A stretch of 19,853 nt of DNA from Candidatus Micrarchaeota archaeon. GTDB taxonomy: Archaea > B1Sed10-29 > WALL01 > WAMD01. The DNA lies in assembly GCA_964652335.1 (NCBI GenBank), contig CAZZDL010000006.1, positions 1-19,853 on the forward strand. Direction: 5' to 3'. Both the position numbers and the translations under genes were made by a program. The notes beneath the pieces are model-generated. The model had not been told where the DNA came from. It worked only from the letters and a program-made list of their open reading frames with translations, and ran no database searches. Of this stretch, positions 1 through 7,628 are shown one piece after another (the first letter of the stretch is position 1; every line of letters starts with the position of its first letter).

Positions 1-16
1 GGGGTTGTTTACGGGT

Positions 17-1318
17 TTAAAATCCTGGCACCTGTTCATAACTAGTCAAATCCAATAATCCATGACCTGAAAACCCTATCAAAATCACTTCTTCTCTCTT
101 CTCTCTCTTTGCGTCTAAAGCTGTGTCTATGGCTGCTCTCACTGCATGACATGTTTCTGGAGCTGGGACAATCCCTTCTGACCTAGCAAAAAGCCTCCCA
201 GCTTTAAACACATCTTCTTGAGGATATGCAATTGCATCAATGTAACCTAATTTCACAAGCAAGGAAAGACTTGGAGAATCGCCATGATATCTAAGTCCAC
301 CTGCATGGATTGGTGGTGGCACAAATTCTCGTCCAAGTGTGTACATCTTTAGTAACGGTGTCAATCCCGCTATATCTGCATAGTCGTATTCAAACTTCCC
401 CTTTGTAAGTGTTGGACATGCCTTTGGTTCAACCGCAATAAACCTTGTGTCTGATTTTCCTTTAATCTTTTCTCTCAAAAAAGGATACGCCAATCCTGCA
501 AAATTGCTTCCTCCACCTACGCAACCAATTATCGTTGTAGGGACTTCACCCACTGCGGATAATTGTTTCACTGTTTCTAGACCTATAATGCTCTGATGTG
601 TAAGAACTGAATTTAAGACACTGCCAAGCGCATAGGCTGTCTTATCGTCAGAAATTGCAAGCTCCAATGCCTCAGATATTGCAATTCCCAAGGAGCCAGG
701 ATGATCTGGATCTTCCTTAAGTAATTTTCTACCTATGCTTGTCTCTTTACTAGGAGATGGATATACCCTCGCACCAAATAGATTCATGAGTATTCTCCTT
801 AAAGGTTTTTGGTAATAACTAGCACTAACCATAAAGACATCACAATCCAATCCAAACATCTGGCAAGAATACGATAATGCAGATCCCCATTGACCCGCCC
901 CTGTCTCAGTAGTCAATCTATCAAATCCCTCACTGGCAGCATAATAAGCTTGAGCTATAGCTGTATTTGGTTTGTGTGAACCTGTCGGCGATAAATCTTC
1001 TCTTTTGTAGTATATCCTAATGCTTTCTGGTAAATTCAAATGCTTTTCTAACCCATATGCCCTAGTCAATGATCTTGGCCTACCTATTTCTATGTACATA
1101 TCTCTAAGATCCTTTGGGATCTTCACATACCTCTCCTGACTAGCCTCCAATCTTATCAATTCTTTTGGAAATATTGGTTCTAGATCCTTAGGCTTTATTG
1201 GCTCTCTAGTCGCTGGATGTAGTGGTGGTTCTAAAGGTTCTGGAAGATCAGGTAGGATATTATAATAATATCTTGGAAATTCGTTTTCATCTAGATATAT
1301 ATTCTTAGGAATATACAT
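17..1318 (-). CDS. trpB2: Tryptophan synthase beta chain, TrpB2 type (PLP-dependent)
   Basis: [11 protein letters not shown]-lysine motif, [27 protein letters not shown] and SGHGLLDL; long N-terminal extension typical of TrpB2; SD GGAGGTG at 1330-1324. No trpA in this window. Confidence 0.96.
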   Translation of the reverse strand: MYIPKNIYLDENEFPRYYYNILPDLPEPLEPPLHPATREPIKPKDLEPIFPKELIRLEASQERYVKIPKDLRDMYIEIGRPRSLTRAYGLEKHLNLPESIRIYYKREDLSPTGSHKPNTAIAQAYYAASEGFDRLTTETGAGQWGSALSYSCQMFGLDCDVFMVSASYYQKPLRRILMNLFGARVYPSPSKETSIGRKLLKEDPDHPGSLGIAISEALELAISDDKTAYALGSVLNSVLTHQSIIGLETVKQLSAVGEVPTTIIGCVGGGSNFAGLAYPFLREKIKGKSDTRFIAVEPKACPTLTKGKFEYDYADIAGLTPLLKMYTLGREFVPPPIHAGGLRYHGDSPSLSLLVKLGYIDAIAYPQEDVFKAGRLFARSEGIVPAPETCHAVRAAIDTALDAKREKREEVILIGFSGHGLLDLTSYEQVPGF

Positions 1319-1511
1319 AAGGACACCTCCTTCCTCTTTTTCCTTTTGGTTTCTTTAACCTATGGGCCGGTCTGAACGGAATCCCTAACCTAGCCAAAAC
1401 TGGCTTTAAATGCCTATAAACAGTCATGTGGCTCTTTCCAACTAGAGCAGATATCTGCCTCAAAGAAAAACCATCCAAATACAATGCAAGAACTAAGTCA
1501 CCAAAGCCAAA
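1305..1511 (-). CDS. Helix-turn-helix DNA-binding reading frame, probably entered by +1 frameshift from the upstream leader ORF (the open frame extends up to 1592)
   Basis: [30 protein letters not shown] is a classic HTH pattern, followed by a basic tail. The in-frame starts (TTG 1592, ATG 1526) lack an evident SD. The stop (1307-1305) lies 14 nt inside trpB2. Confidence 0.7.
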   Translation of the reverse strand, partial: FGFGDLVLALYLDGFSLRQISALVGKSHMTVYRHLKPVLARLGIPFRPAHRLKKPKGKRGRRCPYVYS

Positions 1512-1602
1512 GACCAGAATTAGCATTATTTCTAAACTGATAACTGGGGTAAGATCCTGTGTTGACTTTCCCAATAGAAAGTTCTCTAACAAACTTCTTC
1601 AT
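1498..1602 (-). CDS. Leader ORF, 34 aa: [34 protein letters not shown]
   Basis: Translated by hand. ATG at 1602 with SD GGTGG at 1612-1608, the same motif that precedes the starts at 3451 and 9990. TATA box TTTAAATA at 1643-1636. Ends CTT TGG CTT TGG TGA. Confidence 0.75.
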   Translation of the reverse strand: MKKFVRELSIGKVNTGSYPSYQFRNNANSGLWLW

Positions 1603-1635
1603 CTCAACCACCAGGAGGTTTTCTAAGAAAATAAA

Positions 1636-1670
1636 TATTTAAACATTTGTAACATTGTCAGTGCTAACAA
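1636..1670 (-). promoter_or_regulatory. Archaeal TATA box (1643-1636) plus an upstream imperfect inverted repeat TTGTCAG-TG-CTAACAA (1655-1670)
   Basis: TTTAAATA sits about 34 nt before the leader ATG; the upstream element has 12/16 dyad symmetry. Confidence 0.55.
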
Positions 1671-1701
1671 GTTAACTCATTTGCAGCAATTGAAAATTGT
1701 G

Positions 1702-2280
1702 TCAATGCCCAGAATCCAAACTTCCCTTCTCTTTTAGCCTTCCCTCGTATTTTTTCATAGCCTTATCCAAAGCTGCGAGCAAGTCAACTTTACAGTCATT
1801 AGCCAAAGCAATCAATGAGAAAAAAGTATCTCCTAGTTCTAGCTCTAAGTCTTCCCTAACTCTTGCTAATTCCATCTTGTCTCTACCATAAGAATCAGCC
1901 TTTAGAATTTCTTTTGCGATTTCGCCTACCTCTGAAACAAGGTCTAGAACCCTATGCCTAACTGTAAAGTCTTTTTCTAGGTCATGGACATTCATAAATT
2001 CCTTCACCTTCTGCTGGAAGACTGGTTTAAAACCTATAACTTGAAAACCGTATTTTTTGATGTTTTCCTCTGACCAGAATTTCCAGTTATTGCTTTTAGT
2101 TACATAAGTAACTCTGACCTCCAGCTTCCTACCAGTGTATCCCGATTCTGGATCATACTCTCTCAAAACCAGGACATCACCTGGGTTGCAATCCCAGTCC
2201 GCTAGCCTAACCTCAAATGTCTTTTTTCCATCGAGTATCTTCTGAAAATACTCTGGCCAGACTTTCTTTTCAATACGCAT
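1702..2280 (-). CDS. ASCH/DUF3850-domain protein fused to a C-terminal MazG-like NTP pyrophosphohydrolase
   Basis: N-terminal KVWPEYFQKILDGKKTFEVR..D...GDVLVLREY...YTGR (ASCH/PUA-like); C-terminal DLVSEVGEIAKEILK...LELELGDTFFSLIALAN (MazG ExxE..ExxD). Start moved to ATG 2280, which follows SD GGTGAT. Confidence 0.82.
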   Translation of the reverse strand: MRIEKKVWPEYFQKILDGKKTFEVRLADWDCNPGDVLVLREYDPESGYTGRKLEVRVTYVTKSNNWKFWSEENIKKYGFQVIGFKPVFQQKVKEFMNVHDLEKDFTVRHRVLDLVSEVGEIAKEILKADSYGRDKMELARVREDLELELGDTFFSLIALANDCKVDLLAALDKAMKKYEGRLKEKGSLDSGH

Positions 2281-2284
2281 AGGA

Positions 2285-3451
2285 TCACCACAACGGATGA
2301 ATGAAAAGGCCTGATAACAGCTTTGGATCAAACCATGTGGATTTTGGTGGCATGTCTAATCCTTCATCAGCTACCGCTTCTACTTCCTCAATGCTCGTTG
2401 GATACAAACTAAAGACTAATGCGTTTCCCTTTTCTGTTACATAATTCTCATAGTCTTTAGTGGTTAGCTCCCCACCTATGAAGAAAATGTTCGGATCTTT
2501 TCTTGGATCTGTTATCCCCAAGATAGGAGACAGTATATCATTCTGTAATATCGCTACATCTAGGCTTTCTACCGTGCCATCTGGAATTTGTTTAGGAACA
2601 AGCTTGTACCACTTCATTGTCTCCTTGGCGAACATGCATATCTCGTGCTTCCTAGGCTCAGATTCTCCTTCAATCACATCAAACTTCTCTCTGACGTTTT
2701 CCATGAATTCGTCAAAGGGCATTGGTAGCTCTCTAATCACTCTGTTGTAGGGTAATATCATTACTTCATCATCGTTTGCGACGTAAGCCAGAACATAATC
2801 CCAAGGTCCTTTCCCTTTCTCTGCATTCATTTTCTTCATGTACTCATACGCAGAGGCTATTCTATGGTGACCGTCTGCAATGTACAAATCATTCTCACCT
2901 ATGATAGACTGAATTTCTGGAATCATTTCCTCAGGAATTATCCATACTCTGTTTCTCCAACCGTATTTCTCAAAGTCAAAAATTGGCTGGCCTTCCTGGA
3001 CTTTATCAAACAATGCCTTTAATTTCTCATTCTTCCTAATCGTTAACCAAACTAGGCCAGTATGCGCCTTGGTGGCCTCAATATGTCTTATCCTGTCTTG
3101 AAGTGGTTTTTCCCTAGTCTTCTCATGCCTCTTTATCCTTCCTTCTCCATAGTCCTTCAAACTGAATCCGGCAACCAAACCTCTCTGTCTAAAGTCAGCT
3201 CTAGACTGCTCATACAAGAACATTGAGTTTCTTACTAACTTAAAGGAATTAGTAATGGCGTTTTCCAAAGCTTTCCTTGCATTTTCATATTTCTGTTCCC
3301 CTTCTCCCTCAGGAAGGGTCATGTGTATATAGCTATTTGGATTCTTCCTTAGCTCTGTTAACTCCTCATCAGGAATCACGTCGTAGGGGTTTGTTACAAC
3401 CTCTTCAGGGTTTTTAGGGAGATAAACATCTATTGGGATAACCTCCACCAT
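2285..3451 (-). CDS. DUF1015 family protein (ParB/Srx-like fold)
   Basis: PYDVI, IKRHEKT, YIADGHHR and MPPKSTWFDPKLLSGL motifs; SD GGTGG. Confidence 0.9.
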   Translation of the reverse strand: MVEVIPIDVYLPKNPEEVVTNPYDVIPDEELTELRKNPNSYIHMTLPEGEGEQKYENARKALENAITNSFKLVRNSMFLYEQSRADFRQRGLVAGFSLKDYGEGRIKRHEKTREKPLQDRIRHIEATKAHTGLVWLTIRKNEKLKALFDKVQEGQPIFDFEKYGWRNRVWIIPEEMIPEIQSIIGENDLYIADGHHRIASAYEYMKKMNAEKGKGPWDYVLAYVANDDEVMILPYNRVIRELPMPFDEFMENVREKFDVIEGESEPRKHEICMFAKETMKWYKLVPKQIPDGTVESLDVAILQNDILSPILGITDPRKDPNIFFIGGELTTKDYENYVTEKGNALVFSLYPTSIEEVEAVADEGLDMPPKSTWFDPKLLSGLFIHPLW

Positions 3452-3556
3452 ACGACCACCTTTTCATTGCCCTTCTTTTTTAGTAGAAGATATTTATTTA
3501 GTTAATCAAATTTGTCCATATAAATACTTATAAACATCTATAACTATAAATAGATC

Positions 3557-3772
3557 ATGGGTTATACAACAATAATGGTGGACAATGAAGTAAAAAAGTT
3601 ATTGGATATACTGAAGTTGCACCCTAGGGAATCTTACAGGGAAGAGCTAAAGAGAATTTTAGAGGAGTACATAAACGAGAAAGAGATGAAAGAGATTATA
3701 AGGTTATCCCAAATGAAAAAAATGAAAGAGTTGTGGGAAAATGAGAAGGATGAAATCTGGGAGACAGTTTAA
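3557..3772 (+). CDS. Putative antitoxin of a type II TA pair
   Basis: 71 aa; N-terminal TTIMVD..VK..L..LK...ESY DNA-binding-like motif; acidic LWENEKDEIW tail; overlaps the toxin gene. A TTATAAA box about 25 nt upstream suggests a leaderless transcript. Confidence 0.7.
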   Translation: MGYTTIMVDNEVKKLLDILKLHPRESYREELKRILEEYINEKEMKEIIRLSQMKKMKELWENEKDEIWETV

Positions 3773-4070
3773 GTTCGGAGATGTAATACTGACAGAAGTT
3801 TTCTTCACCGATCTTATACATAAAAAGAGAAGACCAGCACTTGTGTTATTTGAGAAATACTCAAACGTCATTGTCGCAGGGATAACCAGTAATCCAAGCA
3901 TGGATGGAGTATTATTGAGAAAGAGAAAGGGTCTTCCTGTGGATAGTGTGGTGAAATTAAACTACATATTCACCATTGATAAAAAATCTGTGGTAAAAAA
4001 ATTGTGTGAAATCACAGATAGAGAAAAGGAAGAAGTATGTTCCGCTCTCAACCTTTGCCTCCCTTGCTAA
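3750..4070 (+). CDS. PemK/MazF family endoribonuclease toxin
   Basis: GDVIL..FFTD....KRRPALVL, VAGITS and GLPVDSVVK motifs; start may be 3741 or 3750. Confidence 0.88.
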   Translation: MKSGRQFKFGDVILTEVFFTDLIHKKRRPALVLFEKYSNVIVAGITSNPSMDGVLLRKRKGLPVDSVVKLNYIFTIDKKSVVKKLCEITDREKEEVCSALNLCLPC

Positions 4071-4099
4071 CACAAAACATAGGCCCCTTTGTGGGATTA

Positions 4100-4720
4100 T
4101 TAAGAAGACAAATTTCGCAAAATTTCCTTCTTCCACTTGTTGTACTCCTGAAAATCCTTACTTAGATACTCTAGCCTATCAAACCCCCTAACTAGCCTAG
4201 CTAGGTCCTTCTCTATGCCAGGCCTTTTGTACTTTTTTGCCAACTTAAAGAAAAGACTCCACCTCATCTCAGTGTACATAACTAATGTGATTATGTCTAT
4301 CTCATCCTTTCCTCCTTTCACAGACCCTCCTCTTTCCCGCCACGCATCAAGTTTTAGAAGAAGCAAGGCCTCTGGTGGGATTGTTGGAATCCCTCTTATC
4401 ACTATCCTCTCCATTCTAAGAATGTCCTCTGGTGGAATCACTAATCTAGAAAAATAGGGAACATAGACATCTATATCAAACCCTTTCTCCCTTATCTCGT
4501 ACTTCCGTAAGTCGAGATTCTTTCTCAAATCATAATGCTCCCTCAAATAACTAAGAGTATCCAGATCAACCACAATATCAATATCCCTTGACTTGTGCAA
4601 GCCAGTGTACAAATAAACTGCCCATCCCCCAATTAATCTGAAATCAATCTCCCTAGCTAGATCAACTAGCCTCTCCCAGCTTTCCCTAGTAACATGCTCT
4701 GGCCAATACTCTTTTATCAC
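4100..4720 (-). CDS. Pol-beta-superfamily nucleotidyltransferase (AbiEii-like, type IV TA toxin-like)
   Basis: LIGGWAVYLY...SRDIDIVV, IDVY and LLLKL..W.ER...KG.KD..D motifs. Probable GTG start at 4720 overlaps the upstream TGA (GTGA). Confidence 0.75.
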   Translation of the reverse strand: MIKEYWPEHVTRESWERLVDLAREIDFRLIGGWAVYLYTGLHKSRDIDIVVDLDTLSYLREHYDLRKNLDLRKYEIREKGFDIDVYVPYFSRLVIPPEDILRMERIVIRGIPTIPPEALLLLKLDAWRERGGSVKGGKDEIDIITLVMYTEMRWSLFFKLAKKYKRPGIEKDLARLVRGFDRLEYLSKDFQEYNKWKKEILRNLSS

Positions 4721-5295
4721 AATATCCTCTCCCTTAGTCCTTTTATGTATTCTTTTGAGTACCAATGGGGAAGAGACCAAATGTCCGCAAACAATAATGG
4801 AATGGGGACACAGTTCCCTTGATGATAGGCCGCTAGTATCTTATCCCATCTTAACACAAAGATATTGGGGGGTCCTTTCGCTGGTGGAAATCTTTCCTTC
4901 ACTTCACCTGGATCCTGAGAGTAAACATATACCTCTCCATAATCAGCTAATGGTTCCCCAAAAAGTATCTTATATCCAGAGTAGGCGGTAAACAGAACAT
5001 TGAATGGCATACTAGCCTCTATCCTTTCAGGAGAACTAGAACAAAAAGTAGAATAAACAATATCCTTTTCCAATGTGCGGTATGAGGAAAAGAGTAAGAG
5101 AGTTTTCTCATAATCTTGAACAAAGAAACCCCTCAACACTCTTCTTACTGCCCCAATCCCCTCTAGGTTGTTCACAACAGAATTGACCGTGCTTATTGAG
5201 CATCCTGAAACCTCCGCAATTTCTTTTTGTGTGAGTTTTCTCCTATCCTTGGCCAATACAAGGATGGATAGCAGTACTCTTTCTTTGGGTTTCAT
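4717..5295 (-). CDS. Winged-HTH transcriptional regulator with AbiEi-like C-terminal domain (putative antitoxin)
   Basis: LTQKEIAEVSGCSISTVNSVVNNLE.IGAV HTH; C-terminal FTAYSGY..ADYGEVYVY...VPIPLLFADIW; coupled to the nucleotidyltransferase gene. Confidence 0.7.
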   Translation of the reverse strand: MKPKERVLLSILVLAKDRRKLTQKEIAEVSGCSISTVNSVVNNLEGIGAVRRVLRGFFVQDYEKTLLLFSSYRTLEKDIVYSTFCSSSPERIEASMPFNVLFTAYSGYKILFGEPLADYGEVYVYSQDPGEVKERFPPAKGPPNIFVLRWDKILAAYHQGNCVPIPLLFADIWSLPHWYSKEYIKGLRERIL

Positions 5296-5318
5296 GTTTC
5301 TTTTTATTTTTCTGAAAA

Positions 5319-5345
5319 TTTATAAATGTTTCGGTTTTTTCGAAA
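5319..5345 (-). promoter_or_regulatory. TATA box TTTATAAA (5319-5326) with adjacent inverted repeat TTTCG-N7-CGAAA (5329-5345)
   Basis: TATA box about 24 nt from ATG 5295 (leaderless spacing); the dyad overlaps the BRE position. Confidence 0.45.
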
Positions 5346-5403
5346 GTAGGATTTTTATTTTTAAATCATCAGTTCGTAAATCAAATAATTAAGGTGATCA
5401 ACT

Positions 5404-6594
5404 ATGATACAGGTAAATCATAGAGTGCTAGAGATAGAATACGCTATCAGAGACGTTGTACTTCCTGCAAGAGAACTGGAGAAGAAGGGCGCTAAAATAA
5501 TAAAGCTAAATATTGGGGATCCTGTTCCCTTTGGCTTAGATGCTCCTACTCATGCAAAGGAGGCATACTGCAAGGCAATAATGGAAGGTAAAAATTACTA
5601 CGCCGCAAGTGATGGAATTCCCGAGCTAAAGGAAGCAATAGCCAAAAGGGAAATGGAAAAGAATAAAATCAAACTAGAAACAGACGATATCTTGGTGACG
5701 GCTGCGGTTACTGAGGCACTACAATTCACATTCCTAGCCCTAGGAACGCCTGGTGCAGAGTTTCTAGTTCCTGACCCGAGCTACCCGCCATATATTTCCC
5801 TGGCAAAATTGTTAGGTGGAAACCCTATTGGATACAAAACATCCGAGGAACTAGACTGGCAACCAGACCTAGATGACATGAGAAAGAAGATAACCGAAAA
5901 AACGAAGGCTTTGGCCGTGATTAATCCAAACAATCCAACTGGAGCAGTGTACGATAAGAAAACAATAAAAGACATACTAGACCTGGCTGGAGAGTATAAT
6001 CTTCCTGTAGTAAGCGATGAGATATATGACCTAATGATATATGATAAAGATCATGTTAGTCCTGGCTCCCTAACTAAAGATGTCCCAGTAATCGTAATGA
6101 ATGGTGCATCTAAGGTTTACTTCGCTACTGGATGGAGAATAGGCTACATGTACAAGGTGGATCTAGAGAATAAGCTTGATGATTTCTGGGAAGGAGTAAA
6201 CAAGATGGCAAGGCTGAGGCTATGTCCAAATACACCAGGGGAATACGGATTCTTAGCAGCCATCTCCGGACCAATGGATTACTTAGACGATTACATGAAG
6301 GAACTTAGAGAAAGAAGAGATTTTGCATGGAAAAGGCTAAATGAAATCCCAGGCATCTCTGCTGTCAAGCCTGAGGGTGCATTCTACATATTCCCCAAGA
6401 TAGAGATGGATAGCAGGTGGAAATCTGACAAAGAGTTTGTTCTTGACTTCCTGCATAAGGAGCATGTCTTGCTGGTGCATGGCTCTGGATTTGGAAAATA
6501 TGGGAAAGACCATTTCAGGGCTGTGTTCCTACCACCAGTTAATGTTTTAGAGGAAGCGTTCAACAGGCTTGAGAGGTTCATGAAATCTGGTTAA
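5404..6594 (+). CDS. Class I/II PLP aminotransferase, alanine aminotransferase of the Pyrococcus AlaAT type
   Basis: EYAIRDVVLPARELEKKG, LNIGDP, INPNNPTG, SDEIYD and SKVYFATGWRIG (PLP lysine); SD AGGTGAT. Confidence 0.92.
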   Translation: MIQVNHRVLEIEYAIRDVVLPARELEKKGAKIIKLNIGDPVPFGLDAPTHAKEAYCKAIMEGKNYYAASDGIPELKEAIAKREMEKNKIKLETDDILVTAAVTEALQFTFLALGTPGAEFLVPDPSYPPYISLAKLLGGNPIGYKTSEELDWQPDLDDMRKKITEKTKALAVINPNNPTGAVYDKKTIKDILDLAGEYNLPVVSDEIYDLMIYDKDHVSPGSLTKDVPVIVMNGASKVYFATGWRIGYMYKVDLENKLDDFWEGVNKMARLRLCPNTPGEYGFLAAISGPMDYLDDYMKELRERRDFAWKRLNEIPGISAVKPEGAFYIFPKIEMDSRWKSDKEFVLDFLHKEHVLLVHGSGFGKYGKDHFRAVFLPPVNVLEEAFNRLERFMKSG

Positions 6595-6617
6595 ATCTTT
6601 AAACTCCTTCCAATCAA

Positions 6618-6779
6618 CTACAATCTCAAACTCCTTCTCTTTCCTCTGAACACTAGTCTAGGGCTTCTGTTCCTGGCTAGAAACCTTACTGGTCTGATTA
6701 GTTCTGTGTATACATCAAACAGATTCCTATGGGATTTCACCCAACGAAATGGTTTTGGCCTAGTCACTTTAATCTTCAA
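6618..6779 (-). CDS. Possible small basic ORF (53 aa) or decayed partner gene of the nucleotidyltransferase pseudogene
   Basis: TTG start 5 nt after GGTGA and directly after the upstream TAG; no recognisable motif. Confidence 0.25.
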   Translation of the reverse strand: MKIKVTRPKPFRWVKSHRNLFDVYTELIRPVRFLARNRSPRLVFRGKRRSLRL

Positions 6780-6780
6780 T

Positions 6781-7349
6781 CTACTCACCAATCACTAATT
6801 GTAAATCAACTCCCATTTCATTAGCTATGTCTAGCATAGTCTCCCTGTCTATAATCTGTTTCAGCCTTTCATATAGATAAACTGCATCCTTCAAATCCTT
6901 ATCCGAGCCAAGCCAAACTTTATATGGTATTTGAACCTCTGGTGGGGCCACTTTAAATGTATAACTGCCCTTCTTTATAACAACTGGGTTCTTCAAGGAC
7001 AACAATTCCCATTTACTCCTTGCCCTTTTGAAGTCAAAATACCATTGCTTGTCTGTGAATATATCTACCTTCTCATTCCTTTCTTTGAATAAAAAATAAA
7101 GTTCATCTAAATCACTAGGAATAGTTTCCCACCCCATTTCTTTCAAACTTTCAAAGAAATTATTGAAATCCTGCTTGACTTAAAACCCGACACTATCACG
7201 TCAACACCCTGCGTTGGCCTCTCCATCCCTAGAAGTATCGTAACATACCCTGAAACAATAACGTAATCTGTATAGCCTTTTAGCCTAGAGACAAATTTCC
7301 AAACGAGAGAATCCAGTTCTGTTATCTCTGACTCAACTTCAATCTCCAT
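6781..7349 (-). pseudogene. Frameshifted nucleotidyltransferase (archaeal minimal-NTase / DUF6036-like)
   Basis: 5' part has YVIVSGYVTILLG.ERPTQGVDVIV, where the DxD motif has degenerated to GVD. The 3' part continues in the -1 frame (KQDFNNFFESLKEMGW...PPEVQIPYKVWLGSDKDLKDA). The shift is near 7175. Confidence 0.75.
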
Positions 7350-7399
7350 GTGGTAGTATACGCAATCCTAGTTTAAATTCCTGGTAACTAGGAACTGGT

Positions 7400-7567
7400 C
7401 TAGTGTTTCCTGATTGCAACTCCCCAAATAACTAAAATTCCTAGTATTCCCAATAGGTCCAAGATCAGATCTACTGGATTCTGCCATGCCTTGGAAATAT
7501 CAAAGACAAAAATGAGAAAAACCAAGACGGCAGACAAATTGGCTATCCAATGCGATTTAGATTTCAT
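7400..7567 (-). CDS. Small two-helix membrane protein, 55 aa (absent from the ORF track)
   Basis: MKSKSHWIANLSAVLVFLIFVFDISKAWQNPVDLILDLLGILGILVIWGVAIRKH*: two hydrophobic segments with basic termini; fills an otherwise empty gap and is co-oriented with its neighbours. Confidence 0.6.
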   Translation of the reverse strand: MKSKSHWIANLSAVLVFLIFVFDISKAWQNPVDLILDLLGILGILVIWGVAIRKH

Positions 7568-7628
7568 CTCTCATCGCCTTCTAAATCTCCTCGCTTTCAC
7601 TGTTAAACCTTAGTAGTCTAAATACGAA

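Noticed and set aside
1527..1592. ORF-track start (TTG 1592) for a 95-aa HTH protein
   Set aside because: No SD at that codon; the SD and TATA spacing point to ATG 1602 in a different frame.
7180..7189. G GGT TTT slippery heptamer (minus strand) as a programmed -1 frameshift in the split nucleotidyltransferase
   Set aside because: A -1 slip there meets TAA immediately, and the catalytic Asp is also lost, so decay is the simpler explanation.
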